A stretch of DNA of 34,233 nucleotides, taken from Thermodesulfobacteriota bacterium. GTDB taxonomy: Bacteria; Desulfobacterota; GWC2-55-46; JBHHVK01. The notes beneath the pieces are model-generated. The model saw only the letters and a program-made list of their open reading frames with translations, was not told the origin of the DNA and did not search any database. Below, piece after piece: positions 8,621 to 16,510 of the stretch; positions within the stretch are counted from its first letter, which is position 1; each line of letters begins with the position of its first letter. Both the position numbers and the translations under genes were made by a program. Where the stretch lies: NCBI GenBank assembly GCA_046754205.1, contig JBHHVK010000001.1, positions 1 to 34,233 on the forward strand. The letters run 5' to 3'.

Positions 8621-8656
8621 GGGAAAAGGGAGGGGAGGTAAACGGCCCCTCCTCCC
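8621..8656 (-). terminator. Intrinsic terminator after the 465-aa membrane protein gene
   Basis: The minus-strand transcript reads GGGAGGAGGGG-CCGUUUA-CCUCCCCUCCC followed by UUUU. On the plus strand this is stem 8628-8638 / 8646-8656 and A-run 8624-8627. The stem has one mismatch and one G-U pair. Confidence 0.55.
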
Positions 8657-8685
8657 TTCCTCATCCCTGTCTCATCGTTGGCGGC

Positions 8686-10083
8686 CTACTTGCCGGAAGA
8701 CCCGGTCCGGCCGCGGGCAAGGAGCACCAGGACGGTGAAGAAGAGCACCGGCAGATAGGTCATGGTGTTCCTCTGGAGCCCCGTGGCCTCGGTGACGGCG
8801 GAGAACTCGACGAGCAGGTAGACCACGAGGAACATGGAGATGACCGAGAGGACGATTACGTAGAGGTACCTGACCGGGGAGCCGAGGACGTCCTTTCTGC
8901 GCCACAGGGTCAGCGCGATCCAGAAGGGGAAGATGAGGTTGTAGTTGGCCCTCAGGAAGAAGTCCCTGGCGATTACGGGCAGCACCTGCCAGTGGACCCC
9001 GTGCGCCTCCGGGTACTTGGGGTCCGAGAGGAGGGCGATCCCGGCCTCCCCGCCGCTGTGGCCGAAGCCGAGGCCGTTTACCGCCTTGAATGCCATCCAT
9101 GGGCCCATGAGTATCACGCAGGGGATGAGAAACGCGGCGAGCCCGGCGACGACGGGCTTTTTTTCGCTTGCGAGGTGGACGGCCAGGGCGGCGCCGATGG
9201 CGATGAAGAAGAAGAGCCCCTCGTTCTTTGTAAGCGCGCCCATGGAGACGAAGAGCCCGGCCAGGGCGAGCAGGTCCCTGTTCCCGCCCCTCAGGTAACC
9301 CCAGAAGGCCGCCGTGCCGGCAAGGCCGTAATAGGCGAGCGGCAGGTCGGAGTAGGCCGTCGTGCCGTGGTAGGTGAGGAGCGGGACGCCCGCGAGGAAG
9401 AAGACCCCGGCGAGGGCGCCGAGGCGGCCCGCCTCCCTCGCGGCGGCGAAGTAGAAGGTCCCGAGGAGCCCGAAGAAGTAGAAGATCGCCCAGGACTTGG
9501 CGTAGACCTCGTGGAACTCGCCGAGCCAGAGCGCCGTCCATGTCTGGAGCAGGGGGTTTAAGAGCGGGTGTCCGAGAAACCTGTAGCCAGCGCCGAAGTA
9601 GAACTCGCTCGTCCTGTCGAGCAGAAGCCCCCGGTCGTAGAAAAAGACCTTCCCGGCCGTGGACCAGTGGTTCCATGCGTCCCAGCTGAATATGGGCCTC
9701 GCCGTGCCCTCGTAGAAGACGAAGGCGAGCTTCGCGGCTACCCACACCCCCATGATGATGGCGAGGTAGAGCCGCCACCCCGCAAGCCCCGGGCCGGCGG
9801 GGCGGGACGCCCTGAAGGGGCTCTTCCCATCCCGGCGGGTGAGGTAGTAGAAGAACCCGGCTACGGCCCCAGCCCCGGCCGTTATGACCGGCGCGCCGAA
9901 GGGGACCCCCGCCACCCCCGCAAGGAACATCACGAAGGTGACTATCCCGGCGCCCGCCCCGTAGCCGAGTGCGAGCTTTTCGAGCATCCCGGACCGGGGG
10001 TCGTCGCGCAGGAAATAACCCACGACGAGGTAGCCGCAGCCCGTGGGCAGGAGCAGGGCGATGGCCGTCGAGAGGGCGCTCAT
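8686..10083 (-). CDS. Polytopic inner-membrane protein, GT-C-fold glycosyltransferase-like (function uncertain)
   Basis: 465 aa with roughly 12 hydrophobic helices and loop motifs SWDAWNHW and ALTKNEGL that resemble GT-C / ArnT-like enzymes. The start ATG (10083-10081) overlaps the upstream gene's TGA (10082-10080) as ATGA, which suggests translational coupling. Confidence 0.5.
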   Translation of the reverse strand: MSALSTAIALLLPTGCGYLVVGYFLRDDPRSGMLEKLALGYGAGAGIVTFVMFLAGVAGVPFGAPVITAGAGAVAGFFYYLTRRDGKSPFRASRPAGPGLAGWRLYLAIIMGVWVAAKLAFVFYEGTARPIFSWDAWNHWSTAGKVFFYDRGLLLDRTSEFYFGAGYRFLGHPLLNPLLQTWTALWLGEFHEVYAKSWAIFYFFGLLGTFYFAAAREAGRLGALAGVFFLAGVPLLTYHGTTAYSDLPLAYYGLAGTAAFWGYLRGGNRDLLALAGLFVSMGALTKNEGLFFFIAIGAALAVHLASEKKPVVAGLAAFLIPCVILMGPWMAFKAVNGLGFGHSGGEAGIALLSDPKYPEAHGVHWQVLPVIARDFFLRANYNLIFPFWIALTLWRRKDVLGSPVRYLYVIVLSVISMFLVVYLLVEFSAVTEATGLQRNTMTYLPVLFFTVLVLLARGRTGSSGK

Positions 10084-11276
10084 CGGCGCCCCCCTTCCCC
10101 CGTCCCATTGGCCCCCCCGGCCTCGTCGACCTCTTCGTAGAGGGCGGCCCGAGGGCCGAGGCGCGCGACCTCCCTTACCGGATAGGCTACGACCTCAAGA
10201 CCTTTTCTGAGGGTCAGGGTGGCGGGGTCGTAGACCGTGCCGTCGTCGAAGACCCAGATGAACCGGGCCCTGTCGGAGGTCATGACCGGCAGGAGGAAGT
10301 ACTTGGCGAGCTGGCCCATGGTATCGCCCGGGGGCCTTACGGCGGGCCGGACCGGCGCTCCCTCGGGGACCGTGGACTTCACGAGGTCGATGAAGTCGAG
10401 GAAGACGTCGAAGTCCCTGTGATAGATGCCGAAGCGGTCGGCGGTCCTCTCCCTCGTCTCCCTGCCCGACAGGGCCTCGATGTCTCTGCCCCACATGACC
10501 AGCCAGTTGTAGTCCATCCTCAGGGTGTAGAGCGCGCCGCCGGCCATGAAGGCGATGAACGCCGCCCGCGCGACGAGCCCCCCGGTATCCACGGCGGCCT
10601 GCGAGGCCCTTCGAGAGTAGACGGAAGCGGCGGCGGCCGCCGCGAAGACGAGGGCCATGAAGACGTACAGGGCCGTAAGGAACGACACCGGGCCCACCCT
10701 CGGGGTCTTTACGTTGCTCACGGTTGCGGCCCTGGTGTCTATGAACTCCACGTCCCAAAACCCCGTCCACCAGGCCCTGAGGAGCCCGGCGGGCCCGGGC
10801 TCGTCTATGCGGACGAAGTCCACCTCCAGCGGTGAGAGACTTTTCGTGGTGTCCGGGAACTGGATGACGACCCGGTCGTAGGTGCGCCCCCCCCGCGGGG
10901 AGAGGCCGCCGAGGTAGATTCGAATGTCCCGGAACCCCTCCGTGGGGACTATATCGAAGAGCCTTCTGTCGATGTCGCGTCCGGCTACGAGCCCCACCGC
11001 GGCGGCCCCCCTTACGGGGCTCTTTATCCTCAACATCAGGACCTTGCCCCGGGCGTCGAACCCGACGGCCGGGGAGACCATCGTCGGCCGGGTCCCCGTG
11101 ACCCGGAGGGCCCGGTCCGTAAGCACGGCCCCGGCCGCCCCGGAGAGGACCCAGCCGGCAAGCCCATTTGAGCGGTCGAAGTCCCAGGCGTACTCCCGCG
11201 CCCCGGCAAAGGCCGGCAGGGCCAGGAGGATAAGGAGCGACAGGATGATGGCTCGCGCCACTGGGCCTTTCGTCAT
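10080..11276 (-). CDS. Secreted / membrane-anchored hypothetical protein, partner of the GT-C-like protein
   Basis: The start is trimmed to ATG 11276 (MTKGPVARAIILSLLILLALPAFAGA, signal-peptide-like). The region upstream in the track ORF is AT-rich with atypical codons. The protein has a periplasmic domain of about 200 aa, then hydrophobic helices (VSFLTALYVFMALVFAAAAAA, LVARAAFIAFMAGGALY), then a soluble C-terminal domain. I recognise no family. Confidence 0.55.
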   Translation of the reverse strand: MTKGPVARAIILSLLILLALPAFAGAREYAWDFDRSNGLAGWVLSGAAGAVLTDRALRVTGTRPTMVSPAVGFDARGKVLMLRIKSPVRGAAAVGLVAGRDIDRRLFDIVPTEGFRDIRIYLGGLSPRGGRTYDRVVIQFPDTTKSLSPLEVDFVRIDEPGPAGLLRAWWTGFWDVEFIDTRAATVSNVKTPRVGPVSFLTALYVFMALVFAAAAAASVYSRRASQAAVDTGGLVARAAFIAFMAGGALYTLRMDYNWLVMWGRDIEALSGRETRERTADRFGIYHRDFDVFLDFIDLVKSTVPEGAPVRPAVRPPGDTMGQLAKYFLLPVMTSDRARFIWVFDDGTVYDPATLTLRKGLEVVAYPVREVARLGPRAALYEEVDEAGGANGTGEGGRR

Positions 11277-11409
11277 AAATGCAATATGCTGCGTTCTCGG
11301 TCGGTTTGACAATATCAATAGGGCCTTTGGAGGGTGGATGGGGATTTTAGCGCGGGGGACGCCACCGGCGCGCCGGCATGCGGCGGAGGGGCTCATGGGG
11401 GAGGGGGCT

Positions 11410-12141
11410 TCAGACGCCTTTGCCGTCGAGGAACCCGGAGAGCTTGGCCCTGTCCTTGTCCTCCATGCAGACTATCCTCAGGGCCATCCCGGGGTACTTG
11501 TCCCCCCAGGACTCGTTGTCGGCCACCCAGGCGACCTTGCCGAGGAACTTTATGACGGGCTTTATCAGTCCGTTGGGCAGCTGGAGCTGCACATCGAGGA
11601 CGGCGCCCCGGGGATGGACGGCCTCGGAGCTGAGGAAGACGCCGCAGCGGCTCAGGCTCGTCACCATGCCGTCGGATGTCTTGAAGACTTCCGCCTGGCG
11701 GCCCTTCCTGAATTGCTTGAAGCGCGCCTTGAGGCCCACCTCGACCCTCTCGAAGAGCCTCCTGCTCGTCTCGCTGCCCCTCTGTCCCTCCTTCTCGACC
11801 TCCAGGCGGAGCTGCTTTTTGGCGGCCGCCTCGTCGGTGTGGATGTCAAAGGCGGGGAGGACCTTGTGGACCTGAAAGACGTCGAGCACCTCCGGGCCCA
11901 CGTCGGTGAGCTTTACCACCCAGCCGTTTCTCCTTATCTTCCTGACGGCGTTTACGAGGATGGCGATGCCGCTCCCGTTTATCGAGCGCAGGCCCTTGAA
12001 GTTCCAGACGAGATTCTCGCTCGTGTGGTCGCACCCGCACCCGAGGGCCTTCTCTATGGAGCCGTGGGCGTTGAGGTCGAAGTCTCCCTCGAAGTCGAGC
12101 ACGGTCATGTTCTCTTCCTGTCTTGCGCTTATGCTGAGCAT
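11410..12141 (-). CDS. STAS domain (anti-sigma antagonist / MlaB-like fold) fused to a C-terminal PilZ (c-di-GMP receptor) domain
   Basis: STAS part: MTVLDFEGDFDLNAHGSIEKAL..LVWNFKGLRSINGSGIAILVNAVRKIRRNGWVVKLTDVGPEVLDVFQV. PilZ part: RRLFER (RRxxxR), then 27 residues later TSLSRCG (D/NxSxxG with a non-canonical first residue), and a PilZ-like C-terminus. I prefer start 12141 because GGGAG lies 10 nt upstream. The track's upstream extension, including the ATG at 12210, has AT-rich codons atypical of this window. Confidence 0.75.
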   Translation of the reverse strand: MLSISARQEENMTVLDFEGDFDLNAHGSIEKALGCGCDHTSENLVWNFKGLRSINGSGIAILVNAVRKIRRNGWVVKLTDVGPEVLDVFQVHKVLPAFDIHTDEAAAKKQLRLEVEKEGQRGSETSRRLFERVEVGLKARFKQFRKGRQAEVFKTSDGMVTSLSRCGVFLSSEAVHPRGAVLDVQLQLPNGLIKPVIKFLGKVAWVADNESWGDKYPGMALRIVCMEDKDRAKLSGFLDGKGV

Positions 12142-12419
12142 CGCGGGCGTGCTCCCTGTAGGGGGTTGAGAATGATCTTCTTTTATCTTATCAATATTTC
12201 GGCGCGCCATCAAGACAAGTTGAGTTTTTTGTGTTAGAGTCAGACTGAAATCTTGCGCCACCTTTCGTCCCAGGGCCCTTTGCGCCAGCTGTCCTTCACG
12301 ACACTCAAGTCGCCGACCAACTGGGCCGATAAAAGTATATACGGACTTCACGAGACATGCACCTGGAGCGGCGACCCCGCGGCCGGCCGGCTCAGGGCGT
12401 TTTTCATACGGCGGTTTTC

Positions 12420-13205
12420 ATGATCAAGGTAGAGAACCTCTATAACCGTTACGGGGCCATAGTCACGGCCAACAACATCTCCTGCAGGTTCGACGACAGG
12501 AAGGTAACGGTAATCCTCGGTGGGAGCGGGTCGGGCAAGTCGACCATGCTCAAGCACCTCGCGGGCCTGGAGCGGCCCGATTCCGGCAGGGTGATCTTCA
12601 AGGGCAGGGACGTGACCGCGCTCGGCAAGGCCGAGCTTTACGAGCTCCGAAAGGAGATGGGAATGCTCTTTCAGGGGGCCGCGCTCTTCAACTCCATCGA
12701 CGTCTACGACAACGTGGCCTTCCCCCTGAGGGAGCACACGACGCTCCCCGAGGACGTCATAGAGACGATCGTCAAGATAAAGCTCGAGATGGTGGGGCTC
12801 CGCGGCGTGGAGAGGATGATGCCGTCCCAGCTCTCGGGCGGTATGACCAAGAGGGTGGGGCTTGCCAGGGCCATAGTCATGGACCCCAACGTGGTCCTCT
12901 ACGACGAGCCCACCAGCGGGCTCGACCCCATCTCCACGGGCGTCATAGGAAAGCTCATCCTCGACCTCAACCGCAAGCTCGGGGTCACATCCATAGTGGT
13001 CTCCCACGACATCGAGTCGGCCTTCAAGATAGCGGACAAGATAATAATCCTCTTCTACGGCGACATAATCTCCGAGGGCACGCCCGAGGAGATACGAGAG
13101 AGCCAGGACCCCAAGGTCCGGCAGTTCATAACAGGGTCTCCGGACGGCCCTATCCCGTTCAACCTTACGGACAAGGACTTCCTCGAGGACATACTCGGGG
13201 CGTAG
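12420..13205 (+). CDS. mlaF: Mla/Ttg2 phospholipid ABC transporter, ATP-binding subunit
   Basis: The start is trimmed to MIKVENLYN. Walker A GGSGSGKST, Q-loop LFQGAALF, signature LSGGMTKRVGLARA, Walker B VVLYDEPTSGLD and H-loop VVSHD are all present. It sits in mlaFED synteny. Confidence 0.92.
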   Translation: MIKVENLYNRYGAIVTANNISCRFDDRKVTVILGGSGSGKSTMLKHLAGLERPDSGRVIFKGRDVTALGKAELYELRKEMGMLFQGAALFNSIDVYDNVAFPLREHTTLPEDVIETIVKIKLEMVGLRGVERMMPSQLSGGMTKRVGLARAIVMDPNVVLYDEPTSGLDPISTGVIGKLILDLNRKLGVTSIVVSHDIESAFKIADKIIILFYGDIISEGTPEEIRESQDPKVRQFITGSPDGPIPFNLTDKDFLEDILGA

Positions 13206-13215
13206 GGGGCAAGAC

Positions 13216-13998
13216 TTGCAGGTTCCGATGGAAGACACGATAGCCCTTTTCGGCAGAGAGGCCTTGAGGACGGTGCAGGTCCTCGGCAGGGCCGGGGCGT
13301 TTCTGGCCCAGGCCCTCGGCCAGGCCGCCAGGCCTCCATGGAGGCTCGGCCGCATCGTCAAGGAGATAGAGTTCATAGGGGCCAGGAGCTTCCTCATTAT
13401 CTTCGTCACCGCGCTCTTTACCGGCATGGTCCTCGGCCTCCAGGGCTACTACACCCTCAATAAGTTCGGGGCCGAGGGGGTCCTCGGCTCGGCCGTGGCG
13501 CTGTCGGTCATAAGGGAGCTCGGCCCCGTGCTCTGCGCGCTGATGGTCACGGGCAGGGCCGGCTCGGCGATTACGGCGGAGATCGGCATAATGAAGATAA
13601 CCGACCAGATGCCGGCACTCGAGATGATGGCCATAGACCCCGTGGGCTACGTCATAAGCCCCAAGGTCATCGCAGCGCTCATAGCGCTGCCGCTGCTTAC
13701 GGCCTTCTTCGACATCCTCGGCATCGCCGGCGGTTACCTCGTCGGCGTGAAGCTTCTCGGCGTGAACGAGGGCGCCTACTTCGGCGAGATGATCTCGGCC
13801 ACGGGCTTTCACGACATATACGGCGGGATCATAAAGTCGGTGACATTCGGGGGGCTGATAGCCTGGATATGCACCTTCGTCGGCTACACCGCGACCTCCA
13901 CCACCGAGGGGGTGAGCCGGGCCACGACGAACGCGGTGGTGGCGACTTCACTGACCATACTGGTAACGGACTATATATTGACTTCCATGCTCCTTTAG
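13216..13998 (+). CDS. mlaE: Mla/Ttg2 ABC transporter permease
   Basis: 260 aa with MlaE-family blocks: GARSFLIIFVTALFTGMVLGLQ, IRELGPVLCALMVTGRAGSAITAEIG, MKITDQMPALEMM. The start is TTG 13216 or ATG 13228. Confidence 0.9.
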   Translation: MQVPMEDTIALFGREALRTVQVLGRAGAFLAQALGQAARPPWRLGRIVKEIEFIGARSFLIIFVTALFTGMVLGLQGYYTLNKFGAEGVLGSAVALSVIRELGPVLCALMVTGRAGSAITAEIGIMKITDQMPALEMMAIDPVGYVISPKVIAALIALPLLTAFFDILGIAGGYLVGVKLLGVNEGAYFGEMISATGFHDIYGGIIKSVTFGGLIAWICTFVGYTATSTTEGVSRATTNAVVATSLTILVTDYILTSMLL

Positions 13999-14014
13999 GT
14001 CCCGGGAGGTAACC

Positions 14015-14452
14015 ATGTTCAGCAAAAAGACGGAAATGACGGTGGGCCTTTTCATGATCGTCGGTATCGTTGCCCTGGTATATCTCTCGGTATCCCTCGG
14101 CAATATCGACATCCTGGGCTCCAGCAAGTATTCGGCCACGGCGCTCTTCGACTCCATCACTGGGCTCAAGAAGGGGTCGACGGTGGAGATAGCGGGCGTC
14201 GAGGTCGGCAAGGTGAAGGACATACGCCTCGAAGACGACATGGCGCTCGTGGAGATGAATATCGACAGGGACGTAAAGCTCTCCGACGACACCATAGCGT
14301 CGATAAGGACCAAGGGGGTGATAGGGGAGAAGTACATAAAGCTCACGCCGGGAGGGTCCGAAGACCTGGTCGGAGAGGGAGGGACCATCATAGACACGGA
14401 GAGCGCCATCAGCCTCGAGGAGCTCATAAGCAAGTACATATTCGAGAAGTGA
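14015..14452 (+). CDS. mlaD: MCE-domain substrate-binding subunit
   Basis: 145 aa with an N-terminal TM anchor (TVGLFMIVGIVALVYLSV), then an MCE domain (LKKGSTVEIAGVEVGKVKDIRL..ASIRTKGVIGEKYIKLTPG). Confidence 0.9.
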   Translation: MFSKKTEMTVGLFMIVGIVALVYLSVSLGNIDILGSSKYSATALFDSITGLKKGSTVEIAGVEVGKVKDIRLEDDMALVEMNIDRDVKLSDDTIASIRTKGVIGEKYIKLTPGGSEDLVGEGGTIIDTESAISLEELISKYIFEK

Positions 14453-14510
14453 CGCCCTTTTTGAGATATACTAAGGACAGAGGAAGAAACGTTCAGGGGG
14501 TATTATAGAT

Positions 14511-15392
14511 ATGAGGAACCAGCGCGCCTTGGCGAAACTCGCAGTCTTTCTGTTTCTGGCCCTTGGGGCCTTTTGTTTTCTCCCCGGAGGCGCTCCGGCC
14601 GAAGCGGCCGAAGCGACCGGGGGGGCAGGGTGGGCAGTGGGTACAGGGGGGGGAGAGGCAGTCCAGGTGGCCCAGTGGGAGGGGGAGTTCTGGGTAGAGC
14701 CGGACAAGGGCGCTGACAAGGAGGCCGGCCAGGAGGATGACGCTGAGTTCGACGAGTTCGAAGAGGAGTTCGACGAGGTTGGCACGATCGCCGACCCCCT
14801 CGAACCCTTCAACCGCGCCGTCTTCATCTTCAACGACAAGCTCTATTTCTGGCTGCTCAAGCCGGTGGCCCGCGGTTACGCCTTCGTGGTCCCCGAGCCG
14901 GGCAGGGTGGCCATAAACAGGTTCTTTAGCAACCTCTATACCCCGATACGCCTCGTCAACTCGGTTTTGCAGTTCAAGTTCAAGTACGCGGGCACGGAGC
15001 TGGCGAGGCTCGGGATCAACTCCACCATAGGCGTTCTCGGCTTCATGGACCCGGCGCGCGACAGGTACGGCATATACCTTCACAAGGAGGACTTCGGCCA
15101 GACCCTCGGCCGCTACGGCGCAGGGCCGGGGTTCTTCCTGAACCTGCCCCTCTTCGGCCCCTCGAGCGCAAGGGACGGGATCGGCATGGCCGGGGACTTT
15201 TTCATGAACCCCCTTACCTACATCTTCTATAACGAGGCCACGGCCGGCCTGGCCGTGAGCGCCTCGGACAGGGTGAACAACACGAGCATCAATATCGGCG
15301 TCTACGAGGACCTCAAAAGGGACGCCCTCGACCCCTATACCTTCATAAGGGACGCATACCACCAGCACCGCGAAGACCTGGTAAAGGAGTAA
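14511..15392 (+). CDS. mlaA: MlaA/VacJ family outer-membrane lipoprotein with a long Gly/acidic N-terminal linker
   Basis: VacJ blocks are present: DPLEPFNRAVFIFNDKLY, RFFSNLYTPIRLVN, INSTIGVLGF. An N-terminal hydrophobic leader ends in a Cys. An insert of about 70 aa (GGAGWAVGTGGGE..EDDAEFDEFEEEFDE) precedes the conserved core. Confidence 0.88.
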   Translation: MRNQRALAKLAVFLFLALGAFCFLPGGAPAEAAEATGGAGWAVGTGGGEAVQVAQWEGEFWVEPDKGADKEAGQEDDAEFDEFEEEFDEVGTIADPLEPFNRAVFIFNDKLYFWLLKPVARGYAFVVPEPGRVAINRFFSNLYTPIRLVNSVLQFKFKYAGTELARLGINSTIGVLGFMDPARDRYGIYLHKEDFGQTLGRYGAGPGFFLNLPLFGPSSARDGIGMAGDFFMNPLTYIFYNEATAGLAVSASDRVNNTSINIGVYEDLKRDALDPYTFIRDAYHQHREDLVKE

Positions 15393-15413
15393 GCTCGAAT
15401 GAGGAGGAAGGAG

Positions 15414-16010
15414 ATGAGAAAACCGGCAAGGCTCGTCTTGATAACCGTCCTTTTGGCGCTTTTCGCCTCCGCGCCCCTGGCGCACGCGGGCGAGACCACC
15501 GCCATGGTGAAGGCCACCGTCGATGAGGTGGTCGCGATCCTCAAGGACCCGTCGCTCAAGGGGTCGGACAAGACCGTCCAGAGAAGGGACAGGATCAGAG
15601 AGGCCATAAGGAAGCGCTTCGGCTTCGAGGAGATGGCAAGGCGCTCGCTGGGCAAGCACTGGAAGGCGCTCTCCGGAGACCAGCGCCGTGAGTTCGCGGG
15701 ACTCTTCGGCCGCCTCGTCGAGAACTCCTATATCAACAAGGTGGAGGGGTACAGCGACGAGAAGATAGTCTACGAGGAGGAGCGGACCGTAAAGAACACC
15801 TCGATAGTCAAGACCATGCTCATAACTTCAAAGGGCACGGAGATACCCATCCACTACAAGCTGGTGAACCGCGCCAGGAAGGGATGGGTGGTCTATGACA
15901 TTGTCATAGAGGGGGTGAGCCTCGTGAGAAACTACAGGTCCCAGTTCGCATCGGTCATGAGGAACTCCACGTACCAGGACCTCGTGGCGCAGCTCAAGGC
16001 CAAGCTCTGA
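15414..16010 (+). CDS. mlaC: Periplasmic lipid-binding protein MlaC/Ttg2D
   Basis: Signal peptide MRKPARLVLITVLLALFASAPLAHA, then MlaC blocks (FGFEEMARRSLGKHW..F..LVENSYINK, WVVYDIVIEGVSLVRNYRSQF). I prefer ATG 15414 over 15399 because AGGAGG lies 6 nt upstream of it. Confidence 0.88.
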   Translation: MRKPARLVLITVLLALFASAPLAHAGETTAMVKATVDEVVAILKDPSLKGSDKTVQRRDRIREAIRKRFGFEEMARRSLGKHWKALSGDQRREFAGLFGRLVENSYINKVEGYSDEKIVYEEERTVKNTSIVKTMLITSKGTEIPIHYKLVNRARKGWVVYDIVIEGVSLVRNYRSQFASVMRNSTYQDLVAQLKAKL

Positions 16011-16025
16011 CCCTATGCCCCGGCA

Positions 16026-16104
16026 GGGGGCAAAGGGTCAGGTGGGTATAAAGGGTCAGGGGGGGGTATAAGGGGGCAGGGGTATCGGGGGGCGAGGGGA
16101 CGGG
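16026..16104 (+). repeat. G-tract-rich imperfect tandem repeat in the mla 3' UTR
   Basis: Three degenerate units: AAGGGTCAGGTGGGTATA (16033-16050), AAGGGTCAGGGGGGGGTATA (16051-16070) and AGGGGGCAGGGGTAT (16071-16085), followed by further G-runs. There are about 10 runs of G3 or longer within about 80 nt, all on the sense strand. Confidence 0.8.
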
Positions 16105-16126
16105 AGTGTAAGGACTCCGCAAGGAC

Positions 16127-16165
16127 GGGGCCGGCTTCAATTGAAGCCGGCCCCGTTTTCTTATT
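16127..16165 (+). terminator. Intrinsic terminator of the mla operon
   Basis: Perfect 14-nt arms GGGGCCGGCTTCAA / TTGAAGCCGGCCCC (16127-16154), followed by GTTTTCTTATTT. Confidence 0.85.
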
Positions 16166-16257
16166 TCCCCCGGTCCCGGGGCCGCCTCCGGGCGGGTCCG
16201 TGCCGCCATTTCGCGCGGCCGGCGGAGGTTAAAAATGGACCGACGGCAAAAAAACTC

Positions 16258-16286
16258 TTGACAATAGGTCCGGGATGTCATAAATA
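16258..16286 (+). promoter_or_regulatory. Sigma70-type promoter of the cytochrome oxidase operon
   Basis: -35 TTGACA (16258-16263), 17-nt spacer, -10 TAAATA (16281-16286). This predicts a leader of about 220 nt before ATG 16511. Confidence 0.6.
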
Positions 16287-16510
16287 GGATGAAACAAAAA
16301 GGGTCTTATTAGTCTTTTATCGTGGTCTTCCGCTGAAGCCCCCTCCGGGGAGGGCCGCGGAATACTCGACAGGCGGCGTGCCTTGCCCGGCGCCCCGGGC
16401 AGGTGGCGGTCTCAACTTTCGAGATGATGACGGACAAAGGGCCCGGCGAGTTCCAACCTTTCCAGACACGAAAGACCTCAATATCCAGACCAGATAAGGA
16501 GGTATGAGTC

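Noticed and set aside
11277-11409. Promoter and terminator signals in the gap between the STAS-PilZ gene and the downstream membrane-protein gene. A TTGACA is present on the plus strand at 11306-11311.
   Set aside because: No properly spaced -10 element accompanies it on either strand, and I could not define a clear hairpin with a T-run.
12142-12351. Upstream extension of the STAS-PilZ ORF (starts at 12351 or 12210).
   Set aside because: The region is AT-rich, with low-GC3 codons (aat, att, gat, ata, aaa) unlike the host's genes. It also contains a plausible promoter (TTGTCT-16-TATTGA). The STAS domain is complete when translation starts at 12141.
16026-16104. The tandem repeats as a possible CRISPR array or minisatellite.
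   Set aside because: The units are only 15-20 nt long, directly adjacent with no spacers, degenerate and G-run dominated. There are no cas genes. I kept it as a G-tract repeat instead.
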